A DNA stretch of 64,000 nt, taken from IMG/VR virus record IMGVR_UViG_3300023179_007799; one strand, given 5' to 3'. Each line of letters starts with the position of its first letter. The stretch's first letter is position 1. A program made the translations under genes and the position numbers. Shown here piece by piece: positions 47,799 through 56,437 of the stretch. The notes under the pieces were generated by a model, which ran no database searches, was not told the origin of the DNA, and saw only the letters and a list, made by a program, of their open reading frames with translations. Origin of the DNA: an uncultured virus (IMG/VR IMGVR_UViG_3300023179_007799) (Duplodnaviria > Heunggongvirae > Uroviricota > Caudoviricetes).

Positions 47799-48316
47799 AT
47801 TACAATCAATTTGGTCAATGTTATGTCAGTTGTGATGAGCTTACTGATCTTCTCTACAAAAATCCTGAACTGAATATTCAACAGTTTTTGATTAGGGATC
47901 ACCAGGGTCTGGACAAGTATAATTTTGGTAATCATCAACTGTATGCAGGTTTGCCCAAACTCAGAGCATTTAAAGAATACACCTGCACCGTGGATGAATT
48001 TGATCAGGAAAACCAAAATTCCTGGAAAATGTCCAATGAATATCTAAATTTAGACATTGCCAAATGGCTATTGGACCAATGCCAAACTGAAGCTGAGTTA
48101 CAGCGAGTGGGCCAGGAACTATTACTTTACCAGGAAAGAAATTTGTTCAATCTATTGCGATATTTGAAATACCTGGTAGACACCATGAGAAAACACAATA
48201 TTGTCTGGGGGGTTGGCCGAGGTTCCAGCGTGGCCAGTTATGTGTTGTTTCTGATTGGCATACACAAAATTAACAGCATGTATTATGATTTGCCAATTGA
48301 AGAATTTTTGAGATAA
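47795..48316 (+). CDS. DNA polymerase III alpha (DnaE)-like fragment
   Basis: R...EL......L..L.YLVD.MR...I.WGVGRGSSVAS.VL.LIG...I....Y.L...EFL; ends before the PDxD catalytic motif. Confidence 0.75.
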   Translation: MNYNQFGQCYVSCDELTDLLYKNPELNIQQFLIRDHQGLDKYNFGNHQLYAGLPKLRAFKEYTCTVDEFDQENQNSWKMSNEYLNLDIAKWLLDQCQTEAELQRVGQELLLYQERNLFNLLRYLKYLVDTMRKHNIVWGVGRGSSVASYVLFLIGIHKINSMYYDLPIEEFLR

Positions 48317-48340
48317 ATACGTATATTATGGGAGAATAAA

Positions 48341-48808
48341 ATGCCGAATACTTATAGGACTGCCAGGGGAGAAGTGGTGGATCTGGATATGCTCAAACTG
48401 TCCAATGAATCCGTGATTGCCATAGGCAATATGAAAACCAATGCACGTGGAGATCAGTTGGGTTCCGGTGGAAAAGTAGTAAAAACTCGAGCACAGATCA
48501 TGCAGGAATATCATCAACTTCATAGCCCAGTGGCCGACAATACAATGCCAGGCACAGTGGATACTCAGGAGATGACCAGAGTTGACGATCAATTTCTGGA
48601 CGCCAATTTATTAACACCAACCGTTCAGGACATTCCACCAGTCAGTGACTCTGAATCAGAAACTATTATGTCCGAAACAACCTCAGAGTATACTAAACCG
48701 CGAGGAAGTTTTGCTGATGCTGTGGCCAAACAAACCGAAGCCAAACAACCCCCCAAAAACCCAATCGCAGAGAAAAGAGTTGCTCAGAAAAAGGTACAGA
48801 GAATCTAA
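48341..48808 (+). CDS. hypothetical protein
   Basis: TAAATA and GGAG upstream; AIGNMKTNARGD.LG.GG motif. Confidence 0.7.
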   Translation: MPNTYRTARGEVVDLDMLKLSNESVIAIGNMKTNARGDQLGSGGKVVKTRAQIMQEYHQLHSPVADNTMPGTVDTQEMTRVDDQFLDANLLTPTVQDIPPVSDSESETIMSETTSEYTKPRGSFADAVAKQTEAKQPPKNPIAEKRVAQKKVQRI

Positions 48809-48810
48809 AC

Positions 48811-49155
48811 ATGAACACTGTTAAAATTAATTCATTTCAAGCATTGCGAGATTATGTCATAGTCTGTGACATGAACTTTGATCAAAAAATCACACATGGT
48901 GGCATCGTGTTGTTGAGTCACGATAAGAAATTGGAAGGTATACACCCACGCTGGGGTCGAGTTTGGGCAGTGGGTCCTGATCAGAAGGACATCAAAGTGG
49001 GCCAATATGTGTGTGTGGCTCACGGTCGTTGGACTCGCGGATTGGAAATTGAAGACCCCACTGGCGAAAAGACCATACGCAGAATCGACAACAATGACAT
49101 TCTCATGGTCAGTGATGAGCCCATGCAGGATGAAACCATAGGCAATAGTCTATAA
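48811..49155 (+). CDS. GroES-like co-chaperonin
   Basis: L.D.VIV.......T.GGIVL........G.V.AVGP....IKVG. Confidence 0.8.
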   Translation: MNTVKINSFQALRDYVIVCDMNFDQKITHGGIVLLSHDKKLEGIHPRWGRVWAVGPDQKDIKVGQYVCVAHGRWTRGLEIEDPTGEKTIRRIDNNDILMVSDEPMQDETIGNSL

Positions 49156-49395
49156 TTGACAGACGAAGACTTCATTGTACATACCATGGACAGCATCGGC
49201 GTGGCCAGACATCTGAGACATTTGGCGGCGGCCGCCAGCAGCCCACACAGTGACGGTTTTACTCAATGTAGTTGCAAACACGATCTATTTTTGCTAAAAT
49301 GTCTCTTAGATGATCTTTACCGCGACCTGCCTGTTTTTCCACAACAGGAAAAAGAATGGGAACAGAAGAGACTACTGGAAATATTACAAAAATGA
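49156..49395 (+). CDS. hypothetical protein
   Basis: Fills the gap; SP.SDGFT....K..L motif. Confidence 0.55.
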   Translation: MTDEDFIVHTMDSIGVARHLRHLAAAASSPHSDGFTQCSCKHDLFLLKCLLDDLYRDLPVFPQQEKEWEQKRLLEILQK

Positions 49396-49607
49396 TGTAC
49401 TACTACAAATTTATCAATAGTCGCTTGGACTTTCAGAGATGGGATCGGCCATGGCATGGGAAATATCATTATTTGCCCTACAGCATGCCACATCGACGCA
49501 AACAAATCAAACTAAAGTTTGTGGGCGACTGGTTATTTGATCGTTATCAATGTGCACCTCGTAAATTATCTATGTTATACTGGCGTACTCACAAGGAAGA
49601 ATCATGA
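49392..49607 (+). CDS. hypothetical protein
   Basis: ATGA-coupled on both sides. Confidence 0.45.
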   Translation: MMYYYKFINSRLDFQRWDRPWHGKYHYLPYSMPHRRKQIKLKFVGDWLFDRYQCAPRKLSMLYWRTHKEES

Positions 49608-50527
49608 AACAACTCTGGGTAGAACAATATCGTCCGCACAACATTGATGGCTATGTGTTTCGCGACGATGCACAACGTGAACAAGTCAAAACATGGATTG
49701 CTGAAGGCACAATTCCCCATCTGCTGTTTAGCGGAGCAGCAGGTATTGGCAAGACAACTCTGGCCAAAATTCTAATCAAGACCTTGGACATTGACCAATA
49801 CGATGTGTTGGAAATCAACGCGTCTAGAGAGAACAACGTTGATACTGTCAGAGATCGTATCACTAACTTTGTCAGCACCATGCCGTTTGGCGACTTTAAA
49901 ATTGTACTGCTGGATGAGGCAGATTATCTGAGCCCAAATGCACAGGCTGCTCTGCGCGGAGTCATGGAACAGTACAGCAGCACAGCAAGATTTATTCTAA
50001 CATGCAACTATCCGCACAAGATTATCCCAGCATTACACAGTCGTTGTCAGGGTTTCCATATTGAACGGGTAGACCATACTGAATTCACTGCCAGAGCGGC
50101 CACCGTATTGGTCACTGAAGGTGTGGAATTCGACCTGGAAATGCTGGATAACTATGTCAAGGCCACCTACCCTGATCTACGCAAATGCCTAAATCTGCTG
50201 CAGATGAACAGCACCGGCGGTAAACTGAAATCATCACAGGACACTGGTGGCACCACTGCTGATTACAAATTGGCCATGGTGGAATTATTCAAATCAGGTA
50301 AGATTCGTGAAGCCAGACAGTTGTTGTGCAGCCAAGCTCGCCCTGAGGAAATGGAGGAAATTTTCCGCTGGTGTTATGATAATCTAGAACTCTGGAGCAA
50401 GACCCCCGACGGACAGGATGAGGCTATCCTTATTATCAGGCGGGGGCTGGTCAATCATGCCATGTGCGCGGATTCCGAAATCAATCTGTCAGCAACTCTG
50501 GTGGAACTCAGTCAGATTTCGTCATAG
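49604..50527 (+). CDS. clamp-loader ATPase subunit (RFC small/T4 gp44-like)
   Basis: WVEQYRP, GAAGIGKTT, EINAS, LLDEAD, AQAALR and SRC motifs. Confidence 0.93.
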   Translation: MKQLWVEQYRPHNIDGYVFRDDAQREQVKTWIAEGTIPHLLFSGAAGIGKTTLAKILIKTLDIDQYDVLEINASRENNVDTVRDRITNFVSTMPFGDFKIVLLDEADYLSPNAQAALRGVMEQYSSTARFILTCNYPHKIIPALHSRCQGFHIERVDHTEFTARAATVLVTEGVEFDLEMLDNYVKATYPDLRKCLNLLQMNSTGGKLKSSQDTGGTTADYKLAMVELFKSGKIREARQLLCSQARPEEMEEIFRWCYDNLELWSKTPDGQDEAILIIRRGLVNHAMCADSEINLSATLVELSQISS

Positions 50528-51255
50528 ATCTTCAGTACCTCCGTGACTGCAGGGTGTCTGGCAATGTCTTTGGCGGCGAACTCGACCCCAGCAACATACT
50601 GACATTCCTGGTATCTTTCGACCAGTCGTTTGAAATCCAGGAGACCGTTGTCTTTGTCCAGCCGGTCAGCCTGACGGGTGTCACCAGTCACCACAATCTT
50701 GGAACCTTCGCCGAGTCGTGTTAGCAGCATTTTTATTTGCCCAGGGGTGGCATTTTGCATTTCGTCTGCAACAATCCAGGTGCCCTTAAATGTTCGACCT
50801 CTCATAAATGCTAGTGGAGCTATCTCTATTATTTGTTCGTCTAGCATTTTGGCTACTTCTTTAGGACTGTAATACTCTGCGATAACATCAAACAGAGGTC
50901 TGGTCCAGGGTTCCATCTTGGCTCTGATATCACCAGGTAAAAATCCATGTTGCTCGTCGTCGACGCCCACTGCGGGTCGAGTCAGAACTATTTTACTAAC
51001 TGCACCATCTTGTAATGCTTTGAGGCCAGCCAACATAGCTAACATGGTTTTTCCTGTGCCGGCAGGACCAGTGGCAAACACTATGTTTTTGGTTTCGTCA
51101 GTGAGTAAATTGATGTATAATTTTTGATTTGTACTTTTGGGATTTAATGTTACTAGTCTTTTTTGTTTAGTAAAGCTATTACTAGTATATTCATTTAAAT
51201 ATATGGTATTGTCTACAGCATAAAGTGCATTACTTCTTGCTCTGCGTTTACTCAA
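50512..51255 (-). CDS. phoH: PhoH-family ATPase
   Basis: GPAGTGKT, GFLPG, MRGRTF, DEMQN, TRLG and GD..Q.D motifs. Confidence 0.95.
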   Translation of the reverse strand: MSKRRARSNALYAVDNTIYLNEYTSNSFTKQKRLVTLNPKSTNQKLYINLLTDETKNIVFATGPAGTGKTMLAMLAGLKALQDGAVSKIVLTRPAVGVDDEQHGFLPGDIRAKMEPWTRPLFDVIAEYYSPKEVAKMLDEQIIEIAPLAFMRGRTFKGTWIVADEMQNATPGQIKMLLTRLGEGSKIVVTGDTRQADRLDKDNGLLDFKRLVERYQECQYVAGVEFAAKDIARHPAVTEVLKIYDEI

Positions 51256-51370
51256 GTTTATTACTCCTGTTGAAATCGTAAATTATTTTGCAATCTACCA
51301 AAATATTTAAGTAACAGGAAACCGAGCAAAGCAAGCAGTTAAGTTATATATCATAAAACTAAATATTGGG

Positions 51371-51886
51371 CTAACGTGCCCAAACTGCATAGATCCGATT
51401 GTTGCTGTCTGGAATAACTTCCATCAGTTTAAATCCAAATTGGTCAGCAAAAAATATGTGTTTTTCCACTGTCCAAGGAAAAAACTCAATATTAGTACAT
51501 TCTGTGTTGCCGTGATCCTTGAGCCCAGGATTACATCTCCAATAGATTCTGGATTTTGGTTTCAATAGATCGATCACGCACCTGACCTGATTGGCAATTC
51601 GATCTTCGGTGCCAAAATTGATACTACCTAGACAAAATGCCACATCAAATTTTTGATCAGTGACAAAGTCTTCAATAGTTGTCTGATAATCCGCCTCAGC
51701 AAATACCGGATCGATCCCGATCAGATTGGGTAATAGTTTTTTAAATGGGTTCAGACCACACCCAACGTCTAAAACAGCTTCATCTGATTTTATCTTGTTG
51801 ACAAGACCCCATCCAGTATAAATGTATTGGTCTAAATTGGGTCGCCAATGGGTGGAAAAATATTTGTTAAGGTCGGTTTGATTCAT
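51371..51886 (-). CDS. class I SAM-dependent methyltransferase
   Basis: VLDVGCG, GID and FDVAFCLGSINF motifs. Confidence 0.8.
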   Translation of the reverse strand: MNQTDLNKYFSTHWRPNLDQYIYTGWGLVNKIKSDEAVLDVGCGLNPFKKLLPNLIGIDPVFAEADYQTTIEDFVTDQKFDVAFCLGSINFGTEDRIANQVRCVIDLLKPKSRIYWRCNPGLKDHGNTECTNIEFFPWTVEKHIFFADQFGFKLMEVIPDSNNRIYAVWAR

Positions 51887-51901
51887 AGTTAAATAATATT
51901 T

Positions 51902-52480
51902 ATGGACCTACCAGATCGAATATTTTTTACAGGAGTCCCAGGTAGCAGATGGAGTGGCATTGCTCAGATAATTGAGACCATTCCTGACATGAATACCTCG
52001 GATCGCACACCTATTCGGGAGTACACGCACCATAGCTATACTGGGCACAAAGGTGCGTATTTTGGTCGGGGCATGGAGTTGGAACCCAGACTTGATGCTG
52101 TCTATATAGACCAGGCCTGGTCAAACACTAATGGTTGTAAACTAATTAAAAGCCATGACTGGGCCTACAAACTATCAGAAATCAAAAATAAATTTCCCAA
52201 TGACTGGATCATGCTGATATATCGACCTGATCAGTCCAGTTTTGCCTGGTGGCACGAGGCTGGTGGATTTCAAATTGAGTATCCCTGCTATGATGCATAC
52301 ACAGACAGCACCGGAATGCTAACTGAAATAATTCGACAGAATCAAGCTATTTTGGAGTTTGGCTGCATAAATAATTGCAAGTGGGAGTATTTTAACTCTG
52401 ACTGGGTGACTAAAAATTTTGGACACTCACTAGATGTTACTACCATCTGGCCAGATATTTTAGTAACATTGATTAAATAA
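51902..52480 (+). CDS. sulfotransferase-like P-loop protein
   Basis: IFFTGVPGSRWS...IKSH...LIYRP pattern. Confidence 0.5.
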   Translation: MDLPDRIFFTGVPGSRWSGIAQIIETIPDMNTSDRTPIREYTHHSYTGHKGAYFGRGMELEPRLDAVYIDQAWSNTNGCKLIKSHDWAYKLSEIKNKFPNDWIMLIYRPDQSSFAWWHEAGGFQIEYPCYDAYTDSTGMLTEIIRQNQAILEFGCINNCKWEYFNSDWVTKNFGHSLDVTTIWPDILVTLIK

Positions 52481-52489
52481 CATAATATT

Positions 52490-53197
52490 ATGGAGATTAC
52501 GATGGATTCAAAACAATTTGTTGCAAAAGTTGCACAAGAAAACGAAGCACTATTTGCTGCTAGTGAAATGCAAGTTGAAGCATTCTTCAACAGCAATCCT
52601 TCACAAGAGCAGTTGGTTGAGCACTTTGTTGGCCGTATGGTCAATGAGCGTATGAACATGGTTGAAATTGCTGCCAAGGTTGCTGCTGCCCCAGCATCAA
52701 CTTCTACAGAAGAATTGGCACTATTGACCAAGCAAGCTCAGGACGAAGCCAACCACTTCCGTATGGTTAAAGAAGTTATCGAGCACATTACTGGTGAAAC
52801 ACTAGATGTTGAGGCTGCTATTACTGCTGAAGCCGCTGCCCCAACAGCCAAAGGTGCCGCTCTATTGGCCAAGTACGAAGCAGAGACAGATCCATTGGCA
52901 CTAGCTGCATATCAGTTCATTGCTGAAGGTCGTGCAGAGCGCGTTTGGAACAAGATGGCTGAATGTATTCAAGACGAATTCATCAGCAAGACCTATGCCA
53001 AAATTGCCAAGGACGAAGGGTTCCACAGTGGTATCGGGCGTCGTGCTCTAGAATTGTTGGCAACAGATGCAGAAACACAAGCACGTGTTGAGCAAATTGC
53101 CCGCACAATGCGCATGGACTTGTTTGCAATTAGCTGCATGAACACTGTTGCTGTTCCAGCCGCTGCAAAATTGGTTGCTGACGCTTACGCAGCATAA
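52490..53197 (+). CDS. ferritin-like di-iron protein
   Basis: NE...DEANH...AE...DEGFH paired ExxH motifs; the start may be 52502. Confidence 0.75.
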   Translation: MEITMDSKQFVAKVAQENEALFAASEMQVEAFFNSNPSQEQLVEHFVGRMVNERMNMVEIAAKVAAAPASTSTEELALLTKQAQDEANHFRMVKEVIEHITGETLDVEAAITAEAAAPTAKGAALLAKYEAETDPLALAAYQFIAEGRAERVWNKMAECIQDEFISKTYAKIAKDEGFHSGIGRRALELLATDAETQARVEQIARTMRMDLFAISCMNTVAVPAAAKLVADAYAA

Positions 53198-53222
53198 TTA
53201 GTAGTATAAGTTCTAAAACCAA

Positions 53223-53248
53223 AATGGGGACTTGGGTCCCCATTTTTT
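53223..53248 (+). terminator. intrinsic terminator
   Basis: AAATGGGGAC-TTGG-GTCCCCATTTTT. Confidence 0.85.
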
Positions 53249-53262
53249 ATCATATTTGACTA

Positions 53263-53496
53263 ATGAAAAAAGATTACACAATTGTTGTGAAATGGGCCAG
53301 TGCCTGTACCATATTGATAGCCATGGTATTTCATGTTCTGGGTCTAACTCCCTGGAATAGTATACTGCAATTGCTAGGGGCTACTGGGTGGACCTACGTG
53401 GGATATAAGTGGAATGAAAAAGCCATTATGATGAACTTTTTACCACAATTTTTTATCATAATACCTGGGTTGATTTATTTGTTCTGGTTCAAATGA
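53263..53496 (+). CDS. small multi-pass membrane protein
   Basis: Three hydrophobic segments. Confidence 0.65.
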   Translation: MKKDYTIVVKWASACTILIAMVFHVLGLTPWNSILQLLGATGWTYVGYKWNEKAIMMNFLPQFFIIIPGLIYLFWFK

Positions 53497-54032
53497 AAAT
53501 AGTAATAACTCAGCGTGAATTGGAATACAATGAAATAATTTATGATTGCCTTGAGCGTGGATGGTATGAACTTTTCGCACGGCACACCATCACAACAATA
53601 CCAAATTTGCAATATTGTAGTCAGACAAATTTTGATATGCTGGTGATTTCAGGAGGGAATAATAGCATTGAACGGTTTCGAACAGAATTTGAATATTACA
53701 AATTCGCCTGGCAACGGAATTTACCAATAATTGGTATTTGTCACGGCGCCTTCTTTCTGAACGAAATTCATGGAGGCTCCACCGGAACAATCGATGGTCA
53801 TCAGAATAGTCAACACAAAATTGTCATGGAAGGACAAGAACACCTGGTAAATAGTTATCATAACTCAAGAATTGACAAACTGGGCGGAGACCTAATTCCT
53901 ATTGCAACAGCAGAATCAGATGTTGAAGGTTTTAAGCATGTGGAGCGGCCAATCTGGGGATTGGTTTGGCACCCAGAACGTATGAAGGAACCAGTTTTAC
54001 CAAAAATATTAAGGGATTTAATCAATGAGTAA
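53493..54032 (+). CDS. class I glutamine amidotransferase / peptidase C26 family
   Basis: SGG, GICHG (Cys nucleophile), VNSYH and WHPE motifs. Confidence 0.88.
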   Translation: MKIVITQRELEYNEIIYDCLERGWYELFARHTITTIPNLQYCSQTNFDMLVISGGNNSIERFRTEFEYYKFAWQRNLPIIGICHGAFFLNEIHGGSTGTIDGHQNSQHKIVMEGQEHLVNSYHNSRIDKLGGDLIPIATAESDVEGFKHVERPIWGLVWHPERMKEPVLPKILRDLINE

Positions 54033-54654
54033 GAAAATTCTAATTTTAACTGGGCCGCAGGGTGCGGGAAATCATCTCTGGAGTAAAATTTTTAGTCTGC
54101 ATCCAGAAGTATTTGGATGGAAATCCCTGTTGGAAAATTATTGGGAAGCACATAGAATTGCCGAGCCATTCGCTGCGCATTGGAGGGACCCGAGTTTACT
54201 TCTGGGATTTGACTGGGACCAGAGCGAGTATTACTTTACTAGCATAAGTGTACCATTGGGTATAAAAGAAACTCGCTGGGTGCCAAATTTAAAATTGTTT
54301 ATTGACAATCTTATTAAACTAGGTCTTGATGTAGAACTAGCAGTGTGCGGCCGCGAAAAAAATATACTGCAGCATCAACAAACCCGATTACGTCAGGAAG
54401 TAACAATTCCCTTGTTATTGTCAGCAATTGATGATCTGGACATAGAATTAAAATTTGTGAGTTACGAATTATTACATCTTTATCAAAAAAGATATTTAAA
54501 AACACTAAAATTTAATATTCCCGTGGCCTGGAACGATGCCAGAGTTGAAAACTTCCTGGAAGAAGACAGCAACATCAAATATATTCATCACGTGGACAAC
54601 CACTTCCTGGATGAATGCAACCGCACCGGTCGAACACTAAAAACACGGCCATGA
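54025..54654 (+). CDS. P-loop/sulfotransferase-like protein
   Basis: ILTGPQGAGNHLWSKIFS.HP.V.GW; paralog of the next gene. Confidence 0.55.
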   Translation: MSKKILILTGPQGAGNHLWSKIFSLHPEVFGWKSLLENYWEAHRIAEPFAAHWRDPSLLLGFDWDQSEYYFTSISVPLGIKETRWVPNLKLFIDNLIKLGLDVELAVCGREKNILQHQQTRLRQEVTIPLLLSAIDDLDIELKFVSYELLHLYQKRYLKTLKFNIPVAWNDARVENFLEEDSNIKYIHHVDNHFLDECNRTGRTLKTRP

Positions 54655-55301
54655 AAAAACTTTTAATCGTCACAGGACCGCAGGGGTCAGGCAATCACTT
54701 CTTTAGTCGTGTATTCAGCACACATCCTGACGTGGGTGGATGGAAAAGTCTATTAGATGAATACTGGGTTCCCAGTGATCTGGAACCCTTTGCTGAATAC
54801 TGGGTTTATCCAGAACGACTAACTGTGGGACATTTTGCTGAATACGATTATTGGTTGGCCAATGTCAGCGTGCCCTTTGTTTATGATGGGATAAGACGAG
54901 TTCCCAAAATTTTAGAAGTTGCTGAACGGGCCAGATCATTTGGCATTGCTGTACAGATTGCCATCATTGTCAGAGATCAAAATATCAATTCTGAGCAACA
55001 GCGACGTGTTCGAAAAGAAGTGACTTTGCCTATTGCTCAAGAGTATTATTACCAAACCTTGTTGGACAGTGATTTTTCTGTACATTTTTTAGACAACGAA
55101 GCATTTTTCTTACACCGTGAGCATTATTTGAAATGGGTCAGTAAGTTATTGGAGTTTCCCATAGACTGGGGTAATCCTGACATATTTAAATTCATCGATC
55201 AGGACCCCAATGCCAAATATGTTAAATATGTTGATGAATACTGGTTAGACCAGCAAGTCTGGCATGGCATACAACCTAAAAAAGCCAGAGGAATTGAATA
55301 A
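54651..55301 (+). CDS. P-loop/sulfotransferase-like protein
   Basis: IVTGPQGSGNHFFSRVFS.HP.V.GW; shares YW...EPFA..W with the previous gene. Confidence 0.55.
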   Translation: MKKLLIVTGPQGSGNHFFSRVFSTHPDVGGWKSLLDEYWVPSDLEPFAEYWVYPERLTVGHFAEYDYWLANVSVPFVYDGIRRVPKILEVAERARSFGIAVQIAIIVRDQNINSEQQRRVRKEVTLPIAQEYYYQTLLDSDFSVHFLDNEAFFLHREHYLKWVSKLLEFPIDWGNPDIFKFIDQDPNAKYVKYVDEYWLDQQVWHGIQPKKARGIE

Positions 55302-55323
55302 ATAATAAAAAGAGTACCCGAAC

Positions 55324-55857
55324 ATGGCAAAATCCATTTCAGATGTTATAGACAATACTAAAGAAATCTTCATGACAGATTCGTCATTGAAGACCCTCAT
55401 GGACTTTGAGCGAGTTCTAGACGAATTAGATCTTTACGTATTTGATAACTGGAAAGACGGGGAATTGGTGGAAGGCCCTGTTTACGAAAAGTATTTTGTA
55501 ACATGTACATTCATGTGGCCCCATCGTATGATGCCTGATCCTGCTGGAGGAGAAAGACTCCTGAGTTATGATTGTGAAGTCTACTACAAAAAAGAACAAT
55601 TAGAATACCCAATTAAAATCAAAGATCCCGACGATTTTGAGCCCGGCACCAAGATGCCCAAAATGGCCAAAAAACCCGTATGGCTAGTGACCATAGTCAT
55701 GCCCAAAAAACTCATGCAGGAAATACAACAGGGCAGTCTAGAACTGGAAAACGAAACCATTGATCTAGAAGACATTGATCAGGCCTACGAAGAGGGTGAA
55801 GATCAGAATGCGGTGTATGATCAAGAACAAGGACAGCAAAATGCCCCAGGACTTTAA
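55324..55857 (+). CDS. conserved phage hypothetical protein
   Basis: TAAATA upstream; acidic. Confidence 0.7.
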   Translation: MAKSISDVIDNTKEIFMTDSSLKTLMDFERVLDELDLYVFDNWKDGELVEGPVYEKYFVTCTFMWPHRMMPDPAGGERLLSYDCEVYYKKEQLEYPIKIKDPDDFEPGTKMPKMAKKPVWLVTIVMPKKLMQEIQQGSLELENETIDLEDIDQAYEEGEDQNAVYDQEQGQQNAPGL

Positions 55858-56404
55858 CATGCTGTTGGAAAATTTAGAAAAGGGTGATCTAAAAAGACTA
55901 GTGCATCCAGAACTGCACATTGACGAATACAAAAGTAAAATGGGAGATGATGCTGATATCTGTGTGATTAGTTTCAAAGTATCCGGCAAAGAACCATCAA
56001 TTGACCTGGTGAGTTTCATTGAAAAGGGTTATGATTTTGTGCTGGATGCCGACGTCAGCAGTGGTGAGAAAGAGGGTGGCGATTATCTGGTGTTTATAGA
56101 AATAGAAAGAACCCCAGAATTGCCTGATCAAATCATCAAGATGATATCGGATGTCATGAGACTCACTGAGCAAGATTTTGCTGACTGGAGAGTCAGATAT
56201 CACAAGTCTGCTCAGGACCATGAACTATCGGCAGATTCTTTAAGATCCATGATCGTACTGACGCCGGAAAAGTACCGAGCCAGATATGACAAAGAAAAAA
56301 ATGATCTGGACAGTTTAAAAGCTGCTGCTGGGGTAAAAATTGATACCCGAGCACCAGTCAATGATTTCACAGAGAGCATACGCATCGCTGCTGGAATCAA
56401 ATAG
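55841..56404 (+). CDS. conserved phage hypothetical protein
   Basis: IDEYKSKMG.D...FIEKGY..VLDADVS motif; start uncertain. Confidence 0.65.
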   Translation: MPQDFNMLLENLEKGDLKRLVHPELHIDEYKSKMGDDADICVISFKVSGKEPSIDLVSFIEKGYDFVLDADVSSGEKEGGDYLVFIEIERTPELPDQIIKMISDVMRLTEQDFADWRVRYHKSAQDHELSADSLRSMIVLTPEKYRARYDKEKNDLDSLKAAAGVKIDTRAPVNDFTESIRIAAGIK

Positions 56405-56437
56405 TATTATATAAATACTCGACAAGACGGGAGTTCA

